A stretch of 64,000 bases of DNA from a virus: IMG/VR virus record IMGVR_UViG_3300038443_001768; one strand, 5' to 3'. The notes under the pieces were generated by a model, which worked only from the letters and a program-made list of their open reading frames with translations, ran no database searches and had not been told where the DNA came from. The translations under genes and the position numbers were made by a program. Below, one piece after another: positions 30,312 through 40,583 of this stretch; within the stretch, counting starts at the first letter, position 1; every line of letters starts with the position of its first letter.

Positions 30312-30656
30312 GTGAAGAAGAGAATCTTCAAATACTCTCTTGAGGTCGAGCCGCGCCAGATGCTTCATCTTCCGGCAGGGGCAGAGCTTCTCTCGGTGAT
30401 CGCCGACGCCCTCGGGCCGAAGCTGTACGCGCTCGTAGACCCAGAGGCGCCGGCCGAGCCGCGCATCCTACGCACCGTCGTTGCCGGCGAGGTCGTCGAA
30501 GGGGACGCGCTCGACGCCTACATCGGGACCTACGTGGTCGGTGAGGGGCGCTTTGTCGGCCATCTGTTCGAGCAGGCGACTGGCGTCGGCGACGAACGCG
30601 ATCGACGTTGGGACGCCGACATGGCCGACCTGCGACGCGAGTTGGTGGCCTCGTGA
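30312..30656 (+). CDS. Conserved phage hypothetical protein
   Basis: IFKYxL...LPAGAELLSV...YIGTY...HLFE motif. Confidence 0.7.
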   Translation: MKKRIFKYSLEVEPRQMLHLPAGAELLSVIADALGPKLYALVDPEAPAEPRILRTVVAGEVVEGDALDAYIGTYVVGEGRFVGHLFEQATGVGDERDRRWDADMADLRRELVAS

Positions 30657-30948
30657 GCGGGCTCCCGCTCCGGCAACAAACTGTCCGCGACGATGACAGC
30701 GCCTATCCCGGCGGCGTGACGTTCCGGCCGTTCACGGCCGTCGCCGCTGAGGGTGCCCGGATCGCGCTGTTCACCTGTGATGCGTGCGGCGCGACCGTCA
30801 TGCTCGACCCGCGCGAGGAAGACGGCAATCCGCTCGAAACGCATGCCGAGTGGCATGCCGCTTTCACGACACAGCGCCTGTTCAAGCGGTGCGCGTACTG
30901 CGGGCTCACGCGGCTCTGCGAGTGGCGCGGTCGCGGCCGATGGATCTG

Positions 30949-30996
30949 CGACGGCTGCTGGGACGAGACAACCGACGGCTGCTGGGACGAGACAAC
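30949..30996 (+). repeat. 24-bp perfect tandem duplication in a CDS (DGCWDETT x2)
   Basis: CGACGGCTGCTGGGACGAGACAAC twice. Confidence 0.9.
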
Positions 30997-31561
30997 CGGC
31001 GGCGGCGATGCGACAGACGCTCCGGCCGAGAAGTGAACGCCTGATGATCTGGGTCGCCGTAACGGCGCTGGCGTGCCACAACGCCTATCTACTTAGGAAG
31101 ATTCACCAATCAAATCTACGGATCGACACAGCCTGGGACGCATGGCGATCCGACATCCCGTTGATCAGGCAGCGTGTCGCACGCCTGATCGGTAAGGAGA
31201 TCTAAGTCTATGCAGGACAGTCGTTGGTACCCAACAGTGGTGACTGTGACACTTTACTGGGACGGCTTCACCGACCGTGATATCGAGATCCTCGAAGAGA
31301 GCGACTTCGAGGTCGTTCGCGAAAGCAACTACCTCGTCCTGGAGCGCACCGTGAGTGGAAACTGTGACGCCGTCGCTAACGCAGGCATGATACTGCGCGA
31401 CGTCGAAGACGCCCTCGTAGTCCTCGATATCAGCGTCTTTGAGGTGTCGATCGTGGCGAGAAAGGCGGCCGTGTAATGGTCTTCGTTGCGTTGGCGCTGG
31501 TAGTGCTCTTTATCGCGCTCTTCTGCGGGTTGCTTATCGCGATGATCGATCGGATGTCGTG

Positions 31562-32242
31562 ATGCTCCCCGACGACCTCATCGAGCGGCTTCGAGACGGC
31601 GATGATCCGCTCCACATGGCGAAGAAGCTGCTCCGATCGGGACATGATCTCGGACGCCACGATAAGAGCGCCGCCAACTGTCACGTCATCGGTCTCGACT
31701 CGATCGTGCTCTTCGACTTCGGCGGGCGCGGCATGATTCGCTACTACGACTACTCGATGCTCGACGGGTCACTGAGCAGCCTCTACAACGAGGACGGCGG
31801 CTTCACGATCGGTGTGCACAATCACCGCTACGAAATCGCCAAGATCCCACTCCTGGGCTGCTACGCCAACGTCACCACCGCGGTCGACGAGACCGACGGG
31901 CGCGGCCGAATGCTGCTGCATGAGCACGAATTCTCATCCGGGATCGACGGCGAGCTTGGAGTCACGTATCGCGACGCACGCCTGATGCGGCCCTTCGATG
32001 TCGAGGTCATGATGCCCGGCTCGTCGGTAATCATGCAGCCTGAGGATCTCCACACCGTTGTCGTGCCGCGCCGTCAGCGGGCCGCTTGGATGGTGATCGA
32101 GGGCTCGCGACGCGATGACATCACACCGCTCTTGTATTCGCCGACCAGAGACCTTGTACTCAACTCCGATCACCTCTACCAGCCCATCCATGGTCGCGCT
32201 AAGTCGGCGATCGGCAAGCTCATTGAGGAGCTATCCGAGTGA
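31562..32242 (+). CDS. Putative cupin-fold protein
   Basis: HNHRYEI and EDLHTVVV motifs. Confidence 0.5.
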   Translation: MLPDDLIERLRDGDDPLHMAKKLLRSGHDLGRHDKSAANCHVIGLDSIVLFDFGGRGMIRYYDYSMLDGSLSSLYNEDGGFTIGVHNHRYEIAKIPLLGCYANVTTAVDETDGRGRMLLHEHEFSSGIDGELGVTYRDARLMRPFDVEVMMPGSSVIMQPEDLHTVVVPRRQRAAWMVIEGSRRDDITPLLYSPTRDLVLNSDHLYQPIHGRAKSAIGKLIEELSE

Positions 32243-32754
32243 CGCTCAGCGAGCACGTCTACACATTACGGCGCATCGTCTATCTGCTCATCCTGCTGCT
32301 GCCAACACCGCCGTCAATCATTTGGGGCAATTGGGGTAACGGTGATCTTCTCGTGATGGTAGCGTTGTTTTGCGGGATTATCGCGTTAGCGCTCTCAGGC
32401 CCACTGATCATGGAGACCTGGGATTTCTACGACGACGACCGCGCTCGCGCTATCGCCTCGCGTGGTCGTCGCTACAGTCGCGGGCGCGTCGTTGCTATCC
32501 CTGATCAAGACACCGTCAGGGTTGAACTCATCGAGCCCGATGCGGGGACAGGACGCGCCTGGTTGTGGCCGCTGTATCTGAAACCAGGACACTATACGCC
32601 CAACCACAACTATAGGATCTTCCGCACCGACGTCGAAGGTCAGGACGACGCTGCACTTGAGTACGCGACGGAGCTTCGTCAACAACTGCTGGCGCGTAAC
32701 GCGCGGCCGGCACCGGAAGCACGAGCGCTAGCAAAGACCATCAACCGCGGTTGA
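32239..32754 (+). CDS. Membrane protein
   Basis: Two N-terminal hydrophobic segments. Confidence 0.6.
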   Translation: MTLSEHVYTLRRIVYLLILLLPTPPSIIWGNWGNGDLLVMVALFCGIIALALSGPLIMETWDFYDDDRARAIASRGRRYSRGRVVAIPDQDTVRVELIEPDAGTGRAWLWPLYLKPGHYTPNHNYRIFRTDVEGQDDAALEYATELRQQLLARNARPAPEARALAKTINRG

Positions 32755-32779
32755 CAGCAACCGACGAATCTGGGACAAT
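32751..32779 (+). promoter_or_regulatory. Sigma70-type promoter, leaderless gene
   Basis: TTGACA-N17-GACAAT, 7 nt before ATG 32787. Confidence 0.55.
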
Positions 32780-32786
32780 ACACCGA

Positions 32787-33161
32787 ATGACTACAACGAA
32801 GACTCCCGTCGATCTCTGGGTCGAAGCCCTAGAGAGCGACGAGTTCCAGCAAACCACCTGCGTCCTCACCGACAAGGACGACAAGGACTGCTGCCTAGGC
32901 GTCGCCTGTAAGGTTTACCAGCGCGAAGTGGGCGGCCTCACACTCTCCAGCGACGCATCCGGATCAGTACTGTACGACGGCAATGTAGGCACACTCCCGG
33001 AGGTGGTTCGTGACTGGTTCGGCCTCGCTTCCGCAGAAGGCGAGTACGTCGATGACGGCGGCTACTCACAAGCCTTGACCGGCGACAACGACGACCGCGG
33101 CTATACGTTCAAGGAGATCGCTGCTATCATCCGCGACCGCCCGGAGGGGCTCTTTCGATGA
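32787..33161 (+). CDS. Conserved phage hypothetical protein
   Basis: WVEALES...CCLGVAC...ND...TFKEIA motif. Confidence 0.7.
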   Translation: MTTTKTPVDLWVEALESDEFQQTTCVLTDKDDKDCCLGVACKVYQREVGGLTLSSDASGSVLYDGNVGTLPEVVRDWFGLASAEGEYVDDGGYSQALTGDNDDRGYTFKEIAAIIRDRPEGLFR

Positions 33162-33763
33162 GCGAAGCAGTACTTGATTTGACGGAGTTCAACTTCGTTC
33201 CGTGGCCGAAGATCGCGCGCCTGAATCGCGAGACCATCATCACGGAGAAGATCGACGGCACGAACGCAGCGATCCAGATCCTCGACGACGGCCGCGTTGG
33301 CGCACAGTCGCGGAAGCGGCTCATCACGCCCGAGGCCGACAACTTCGGCTTCGCGCGCTGGGTGATGGAGCACGCGGACGAGCTTCGTGACGGCCTCGGT
33401 CCAGGCGTGCATTTCGGTGAGTGGTGGGGCTCTGGTATCCAGCGCGGCTACGGACTCCAGAACGGTGAGAAGCGTTTCTCGCTCTTCAATACCTCGCGAT
33501 GGAACGACGACAACACACCGGACTGCGTCGGCGTGGTGCCGGTTCTGAGAACGCTCGATCGCCTCGACGCGGTCGCGATCGATGACGTAGTTCAGTTCCT
33601 GCGTGTCAACGGATCGGTCGCAGCGCCAGGCTTCATGAACCCCGAGGGCGTCGTGGCCTTTCACGTTCCCGGCCGCACGTTCTACAAGGTGCTGCTGGCA
33701 AACGACCACATCCCAAAGGGCGCTGACGCGCACGTCGACTACTCGACCGAGGCGCCGCAGTGA
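33158..33763 (+). CDS. RNA ligase (nucleotidyltransferase domain)
   Basis: Motif I TEKIDGTN, HFGEWWG, FSLFN, PEGVV, YK. Confidence 0.85.
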   Translation: MSEAVLDLTEFNFVPWPKIARLNRETIITEKIDGTNAAIQILDDGRVGAQSRKRLITPEADNFGFARWVMEHADELRDGLGPGVHFGEWWGSGIQRGYGLQNGEKRFSLFNTSRWNDDNTPDCVGVVPVLRTLDRLDAVAIDDVVQFLRVNGSVAAPGFMNPEGVVAFHVPGRTFYKVLLANDHIPKGADAHVDYSTEAPQ

Positions 33764-34807
33764 CGAAGCGCCTCAGCGAGGAGCGTAGGGTTCGCCTGGA
33801 CGGATCGTCGGTCTACAAGCTCGGAGACCTCGAAGACCTCATCCAACGCGCCTACGACAGCGGCGCTGGTCGTGACGCGAACGTCAACGTGCAGTACTCG
33901 CCGCCCGGCGAGAACTCGGCATCGCGTGCGTCTCTGGTCGTATTTTGGCACGAGGTGACGGCGTGAGCACGCGCTCACAACGCTCGCCGGCCTACGAGGC
34001 GCGCGTAGCTGAAATGTCAGTCGAGGAGGCGCGCGAGGAAGTTCTACGCCTCCACGACAAACTGTTGCGTTATCGGACGCGCGCCGAGCGCGCCGAGGAC
34101 CGCTACCTACGACTCGCGCCGCACGTGCACGCGATGGCCTATGCGATCGGCATCACTGACGTTCCTCAGCGAGACGATGTCATCCAGATCTACCCAGGAC
34201 ACTAAGGAGGAAGATTTGAGCGACACCGTGACCCTCTTCTGCGAAGAGGGACAACACGACTGGGAACGCGAACGCAAGCGCGGAAAGGCACCCAAGAACT
34301 GCCCCAACCACCAACCGAGCCGCGCCAAGCTGTCTCCCGAAGAGGCGCAGCGACGCCGCCAAGAGGGCCGCGCGCGCGCCAAGGCCGAGCGCGACGTCGC
34401 CGGCATCGCACGAGTACTTGAGTTCTCCGAGTACCTGAAGCGAGACGCAGAACTCTTCGCAGCCTTTGAGGCCGGCTTCATCAAGCGCCACGAGTACGTT
34501 CGGCGGCGCGGCCCGATGCCGCCTACGCCGAGCGGCCCCGACTACTCGGCCGCCCGCGAGGCAGGTGTCTATCGAGGCGCGTCGGCGGAGGACAATGAAC
34601 TCATCGCGGCGTAGTCTCAAGATCAGGCAGGCCACGACGAGATTCGACATCCTGCCGACCTTGTACGGGTTCGAGGTCATCGATCGCGACGGCCGTACGG
34701 TCGCCGAAACCGACACTCGCGCCGAGGCCGAGACCCTGTGCCATGACCTCGACGACGCGGCCTTCGTCGGCCGGTCAGCGTTGGCCGACACGATCGCCCG
34801 CCTGTAG

Positions 34808-35157
34808 GTCCATACCCCCTAGGGGTACCAGAAGTAACTGAGCCAAATCTGAGCGATTCAAGTGGGTCACATCTCTAGAACCCAAGCCGCAGAGCCGAAA
34901 ATTCAGGGGTGGGGGTATCGAAATCTCGGCGGCGGTCGTTCAAGTGGGTCGAATGTGGGTAAAAAATTTGGCTCTAGAATGCGGCGATTGACCACTTGAC
35001 TCCTGGGGACCCTATAGAGGGTCCCAGGAGGTGGTGAGAGCCGGTCAGGCGAGGCCTGTAATTCGATCTCCACCGAAACCCATACAGACACCCTCCCGAG
35101 GCTAGGAATCAATTTCAGGGCGGCGCAAACGCCCGCAGCGACGACGCAAAGGACTAT
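34808..35157. other. 350-bp intergenic region with repeats and a hairpin (candidate origin/regulatory region)
   Basis: TTCAAGTGGGTC x2, CTCTAGAA x2, hairpin 35000-35030, lower GC. Confidence 0.45.
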
Positions 35158-35457
35158 ATGAGCACACCTAGATACAAGATCCCCCGCGACCGGCTCGTCA
35201 GGATGATCGATGAAGCCGCGCGCGCCGCGGGCGTCGGTCCCGCCGAGCACTCGAAGCTGTCCGTCGTCGCCGCCACAACCGCGGCGGTCATGGTGGGCAA
35301 TTTCGTCGACATCTGCGATTGCCCGTGGCGGCAGGCCATGGGAACCGCGAAGGGCGGCGGGGGGTTCGCCAAGAACTTCGACCGCCTCGCCGACGTCTAC
35401 GTAGTTGCCGCCAAGACGCGCTGCGCTTCTGCGTTCTACGTCCTGGAGACCGAATAG

Positions 35458-36189
35458 TTGCCTAAGATCCTCGCCACCGCCGACCTGCATGGGACGCTAC
35501 CCGAGATCCCGGACTGCGACGTACTGATCATCGCGGGCGACGTCTGCCCCGACCATCCGATCGGCAAGAAGGAGCGTTACAGCCTGCCCGACAACGGTTC
35601 GGACTTTCAGCTTGATTGGCTGGACCAGTCGTTCCGGCCGTGGCTGAGCGATCTCGGTGAGCGCGGCATTCGCGTCATCGGCATCGCCGGCAATCACGAC
35701 TTCGTCTTCGAGCGCCTGGCTGAGGCGGTCGACAATCTGTTCTTGCCGTGGACGTACCTCCGCGACGAAGGCACTTTGATCGGCGACATCTCCGTGTGGG
35801 GAACGCCATGGGTGCCGGGTCTCCCAAGGTGGGCCTTCCATGGTACGGAGCGCGCGCTTGAGCTTCGCCTCGACGTCATTCCGTCCGACGTGGACATCTT
35901 GATCGCTCACGGCCCGCCCTACGGGATCTTGGACTTCGTCGCGCCGCAGTTCGGATCGCTCCATGTCGGTGATCGAGCCTTGCGCGAGCGGCTCGTCTCT
36001 GGTAGGCTGCGTCCACGCGTCGTGGTCTGCGGGCACATCCACGAGCAATACGGGATCGATTACGTGCGACACGCCAACGGCGATACCACCACGGTCCTCA
36101 ACGTATCCCACAACACGGAGAACTACGAGCCCGTCAACCCTGTGGTTGAGATCTACGAGTTCTCTCACCTAGAGGAGGAAGCAGCTTGA
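35458..36189 (+). CDS. Calcineurin-like metallophosphoesterase
   Basis: ADLHG, IAGDVC, AGNHD, AHGPP, CGHIHE. Confidence 0.9.
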   Translation: MPKILATADLHGTLPEIPDCDVLIIAGDVCPDHPIGKKERYSLPDNGSDFQLDWLDQSFRPWLSDLGERGIRVIGIAGNHDFVFERLAEAVDNLFLPWTYLRDEGTLIGDISVWGTPWVPGLPRWAFHGTERALELRLDVIPSDVDILIAHGPPYGILDFVAPQFGSLHVGDRALRERLVSGRLRPRVVVCGHIHEQYGIDYVRHANGDTTTVLNVSHNTENYEPVNPVVEIYEFSHLEEEAA

Positions 36190-36628
36190 GCACAATCACA
36201 TGGACGAGCCGGTGCGGCATCGAGAACAGCGCCAAGGTAGTCGCGGCCCCGAACGGCGAAGCAGTGTTCGACGTCCTCGGCAGTGGGCGCGCCTACACGA
36301 ACATCACCCCAGAGGCGGCCGCCGAGATCATCGCCGCATTCAGAGAGGTCTTCCCTGGCGTTGATGACGACAACTACTACGTTACCGTTCACTGGACCGA
36401 CAACCCCAAGATCGGGGTGCACGCCGGCCGACAGGAAGACATGAGCGTCGGCCCCGAGCATGCCTCCCACGAGGAAGCTGCACTAGCCCGTGCACGCGAG
36501 TTGCTCTCGTTCCGTGACGGCCATTTCACCCACTTCGATGTCAGGCACCGCGGCGTTGTCAAGAAGTTCAAGAACACGTCCCACCTCCCGCCCGTAGAGT
36601 TCGTGTACTCGTTCGAAGAGGTCTCCGC

Positions 36629-37081
36629 ATGAGCGGCTACGACGACTGGGGGCGTAGCCCCCGCCGCGACACCGCCCACGGCCTCGGCTATCTCCTGGCC
36701 TGGGCCGTCGGGATCGCGCTCATCGTGGGCGTCGTCTCGGCCGGCGTCTGGTATTTTGGCGTCGCGACATCAGATGTGAAGGGACGCGGCGACGCCACCA
36801 AGGTCCACAACTCGGCCACCAACCGGATCTTCGCGCAGCAGCACTTCGAGGATCTCTACGCCGGTATCACCGATCGCGACGTGCCGAACCTGAAGTCGGC
36901 CCGCGCGGCGCTGAAGCGCGATCCGCACGACCAGGCCCTCCAGACCAACATGACGGGCGTCCAGCAGATCTGCAACCAGGACGTCGCCGACTACAACGCC
37001 AGCGCGCGAAAGTTCCTTGAGCGCGACTTCAAGGCGGCCGATCTGCCGCCCCGCATCGATCCCGTCGCTACCTGCGAGTAG
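36629..37081 (+). CDS. Membrane-anchored hypothetical protein
   Basis: N-terminal TM helix; C...YNA motif. Confidence 0.65.
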   Translation: MSGYDDWGRSPRRDTAHGLGYLLAWAVGIALIVGVVSAGVWYFGVATSDVKGRGDATKVHNSATNRIFAQQHFEDLYAGITDRDVPNLKSARAALKRDPHDQALQTNMTGVQQICNQDVADYNASARKFLERDFKAADLPPRIDPVATCE

Positions 37082-37095
37082 CGAGAAAGGACATC

Positions 37096-37662
37096 ATGTA
37101 CAGAATCAAGAACATCCTGAAGTACGCGTCGGTCGCCGCTGTAGCGGTGCTCGTCGGATGCGGGTTCGCCGCCATCGCCGAGAAGCCCGACTATCAGCAG
37201 CAGATGGAGGACCAGTCCGGCCGCCTCGCCGAGGCCATGACGAAGGCGGTCCCGTACCCGGAGACCGCGATGCGCGACTCCCTGGAGCGTCGGCAGTTGA
37301 GTGACCGCCTCCAGCGCTTCAATAAGCCCAACAAGATCGGCTACCTCTACGTGTTCGAGATGGGCTCGCGCGAGCCGGTCGGGTACTACGTCGTGCGTGG
37401 CAAGATCTCATCGGTGCAGTCGCAGATGACGAATCCTGTGCAGACCTGGAACCACAAGTGCTCGTCCTCGCAGGGCGCGTGTGCCTACCTGGGTTCCGCG
37501 GAGTCGATCGGCGATGACGGCTCCTTCGGACCCAACGAGGGCGGTGACCGAGGCATCTTCTTCTTCGATTCCAAGGGAGCGCTCCATGAGACCGTGCAGG
37601 ATTGGCACTACTCGGACGCCCCGATCGAGGTCTGGAAGGACGCCCCCAACCTGGGGTCGTGA
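37096..37662 (+). CDS. Exported hypothetical protein
   Basis: Signal-like N-terminus; YLY...GYYVVRGKISS...DGSFG...IFFF. Confidence 0.7.
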   Translation: MYRIKNILKYASVAAVAVLVGCGFAAIAEKPDYQQQMEDQSGRLAEAMTKAVPYPETAMRDSLERRQLSDRLQRFNKPNKIGYLYVFEMGSREPVGYYVVRGKISSVQSQMTNPVQTWNHKCSSSQGACAYLGSAESIGDDGSFGPNEGGDRGIFFFDSKGALHETVQDWHYSDAPIEVWKDAPNLGS

Positions 37663-38719
37663 TGACCAACTACAGCGTCCTCATTCTGAACTACCCGCAC
37701 GACAAGGGCTCATGGACACGGGTAGCGCGGATGGCGTGCTCGCCGTTGCAGGCGGCGCGTGATCGTTGCGAACTACTGCGTGATGACGCTCAGGGGTTGC
37801 TGCGCGCAGACACTTTCCCTGTTCTGGTGACCTGGGACGAGGGAGACGAGCCCCGCGCGGAGTTGTTCGAACTCAAGCGCATCACGACGCCGCGCTGGGA
37901 AGTCGACTGAACGCGCAGCACAACGAACCCTCCGCCGCCATGACTTCGGGCGGCGGGGCGGCTTCTTGGAGCGGACTAGATGACGGAACCCACGAATACG
38001 GACGCGGAAACACAGGATGGCTCCCAGCATGAAACAGTCGTGTACTACGCGGTCGAGGCCTACGAGATCTTCGCTGCTTCGGGACGAACAGGGCTCGCCT
38101 TGTGGCTGGCGGCAGCGCCGGACTCCCAAGATCGTCGCCTCCGCAAGCACGCAGCATTCGCTTACATGTATGGATGTAGTGCCGGCGAGCGGCGGCAGTT
38201 GTTTGCGAAGCGCTTTGAGCAGTGATGTCGACTACGGAATCTGTGACGCGCAGCGAGAGGTCGTACCCACCCAGGGCTTGCCGCTACACTTAGACACGCT
38301 GAGTGAATGCTTTCACTCATCTGTGATCTGGTACGACAAGCATGGCGTCCAACTCCACGGAGAGCATCATGTCTAAAGTGACCAGGCTCGACGACTATCA
38401 GATTGAGATTGACGTGCACGACGACGGGTCGTGGCCGTTCGTGAATCTGTCTCGTCATCCCGACGGCTCGCTAGAAATCCACGTCGACAGCGGCGATGGT
38501 CTTGGGGCACCCGACGCCTGCACCGAAGCTGAAGTCGTCATTGACGCCAAGGCCGCACGCGCGCTGCGACGCTTTCTGAAGCGGACCGAATGATCTGCGC
38601 GCGCTGTAAGATCACATGGCGCGCCCTTTGGTCGTGGTGCCCAGGCCGATGCCCTTCGCCGCGCCCAGAGGCGGAGGCCGCGGTGTTCATGAACGGACTC
38701 TGGCGCTGCGGTGAGTTGC

Positions 38720-38748
38720 TTGACAACAGTAAAAGCGCTGTGTAGCTT
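38720..38748 (+). promoter_or_regulatory. Sigma70-type promoter, leaderless gene
   Basis: TTGACA-N17-TAGCTT, 6 nt before ATG 38755. Confidence 0.6.
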
Positions 38749-39438
38749 ACCGCTATGAGGTACTGCCGAAAGTGTGGCCTTCAGCTACGTCCCAGCGATG
38801 TCTTCACGCTCGACCCTGATGATCAACGTCTAGGCTTGTGTGTGAGTACCTCGCGCTGCGCCCGCCGTGCACGCCAAGGCAAGTACCGAGAGAACCTGGA
38901 TCGCTTGTTTCCGCCGTCGATTGATGAGAAGCTGCGTGTGATCGAGCAGCGCCTGATCGCTGATTGCGAGCCGGTCCTTGACCACGCGTTCCAAGATCAG
39001 GAACACCTCGATCGCATTTATCGTCTCGCCCGTGACGGACGCCGCTTGGTGCGTTCGTGCTGGTGAGGGTCGTCCCACAAGGAGGCATTTTGTATTCACC
39101 GTCAGGTGGTTCGATCGTCGACATGAACTCCATCATGTCGATCAAGGACCAACACACGATCTCGAACGCCGCCATCGAGGCCTACGCGGGCAACCATGTC
39201 GCCGCCGAGCGCCACCGCTGCTTCGCCGGCTACGACATCGGCGTCCTGGACAACGAACGTCTGGAGGGTCGCTGATGTTGGCGGCCATTGTTGAACACGC
39301 CGCGCTGGGTTCGATCTTCGCATCAACAGGTGCCTGCCTTCGCGGCCAGTGTGATCACCTCCATCACAAGCTCATGCTGGGCGCGGCCGCAATCCTCGCT
39401 GAGGCCATCGTCATGGTCTCCTTGATCGGCTGATCGCA

Positions 39439-39666
39439 GTGGATGAGTTCGCCTTCAACCCGAAGGACTATCAGCGGGTCTTCTTGCCTGCTCTGTTGTC
39501 GGAGGCGTTCTCGATCTCACGCAACGAGGCACGCAGGATCGTCGAGCAGCGTGGCCTGCGCATCGACGGTACGACGTTTGCGGGGTTGGACTGCGCGGTC
39601 ATCGACATCGACGGCCGCGTGGGCCAGATCGGTAAGAAGCGTTTCGTTCGGCCGGTATACCAGTGA
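39439..39666 (+). CDS. Stand-alone S4 RNA-binding domain resembling the TyrRS C-terminus
   Basis: SRNEARRIVEQRGLRIDG...GQIGKKRF. Confidence 0.7.
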   Translation: MDEFAFNPKDYQRVFLPALLSEAFSISRNEARRIVEQRGLRIDGTTFAGLDCAVIDIDGRVGQIGKKRFVRPVYQ

Positions 39667-40204
39667 AGGCTGCCCTCAGCGGCTTTTTGACCGTCGTGTC
39701 CTTGATCGTGGCCATCATGGTGGTGGGTTATCTTGGCTCGCGCCCGTCGCCGGCCTTGACGCCTATGCCGCCACCACTGACCAAGACCGCAGCGCTGAAG
39801 GCGCTGCGCCGGGCGTGCTACCACGAGGGCGGTATCAAGTCCGTCTCATCCTACCCCGGGGAGAGCACGGCAGAGTGCCGGTCAGGGCTCGTGATCAAGT
39901 TGGGCGTGTCGAAGTGACGCCTGAGCCCGACGCGCCGTTCTCGGAGGTTTGGATGCGGCGTTGAGTACACAGGTGAGCTTGGCGACGCAGCCTACTGGAA
40001 TGTCGACCCGGATCGCACGTATCAGGCGCGGACGTTGGGTCAGAATACCTGACCAGTGGCGCGGCAACACGACGCATCCACAGACGATCCGCAAGCGCCA
40101 ATCTAAGGGTCTCCGTAAACACCGCCGTGGGCGGCCTTACGAACAAAGGTGGCTTCGGACGGCTCCGCAGGAACGCTGGGGGACTAAGATCGAGGACTTT
40201 GTCG

Positions 40205-40233
40205 TTGACATGGCCGACTTGATCGACTAACTT
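40205..40233 (+). promoter_or_regulatory. Sigma70-type promoter, leaderless gene
   Basis: TTGACA-N17-TAACTT, 7 nt before ATG 40241. Confidence 0.6.
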
Positions 40234-40583
40234 AGTCGCTATGGCCGACTACTTCAGGACACGCGAGGAGGCCCGCCGAGCCGCCGCCGAACTGAACGCC
40301 CGACCTGAGGCAGATCTTGTTGTTCGGTTCGCGCCCACCGAGGCCGAGCCAGAACATCGTCAGCGCGGCGAGCGGTGGCGTCTGATCGAACTTCAGCCAA
40401 CGCGTCAACTTCCGCCAGGCCTGCGGCCGTCGTGAGGACCATCAGGTTAGGGCCGCTCGTCCTAAGGGCGGCCGCCGAGCCACGTAACTGGCAGTGCTTC
40501 AACTGCGGGCGGCGATGGACGTTTTCCGAACTCACAGAGCGCGGCCTCAGCCCTTGCTGCACCTACATCGCCAAGAGGAACCC

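Larger units (their letters stand above)
6203..32236 (+). repeat. Dispersed polarised 9-mer GAGCTATCC (at least 21 copies)
   Basis: Starts at 6203, 6377, 6554, 7085, 7553, 7785, 7956, 8281, 8732, 9155, 9695, 10370, 11970, 12629, 15012, 16491, 18250, 21267, 22221, 28436, 32228; none seen on the minus strand. Confidence 0.92.

Noticed and set aside
6203-32236. GAGCTATCC as the complement of tRNA 5' ends (GGATAGCTCAG)
   Set aside because: The flanking bases vary (G/C/T) and do not extend the match to CTGAGCTATCC; probably coincidence
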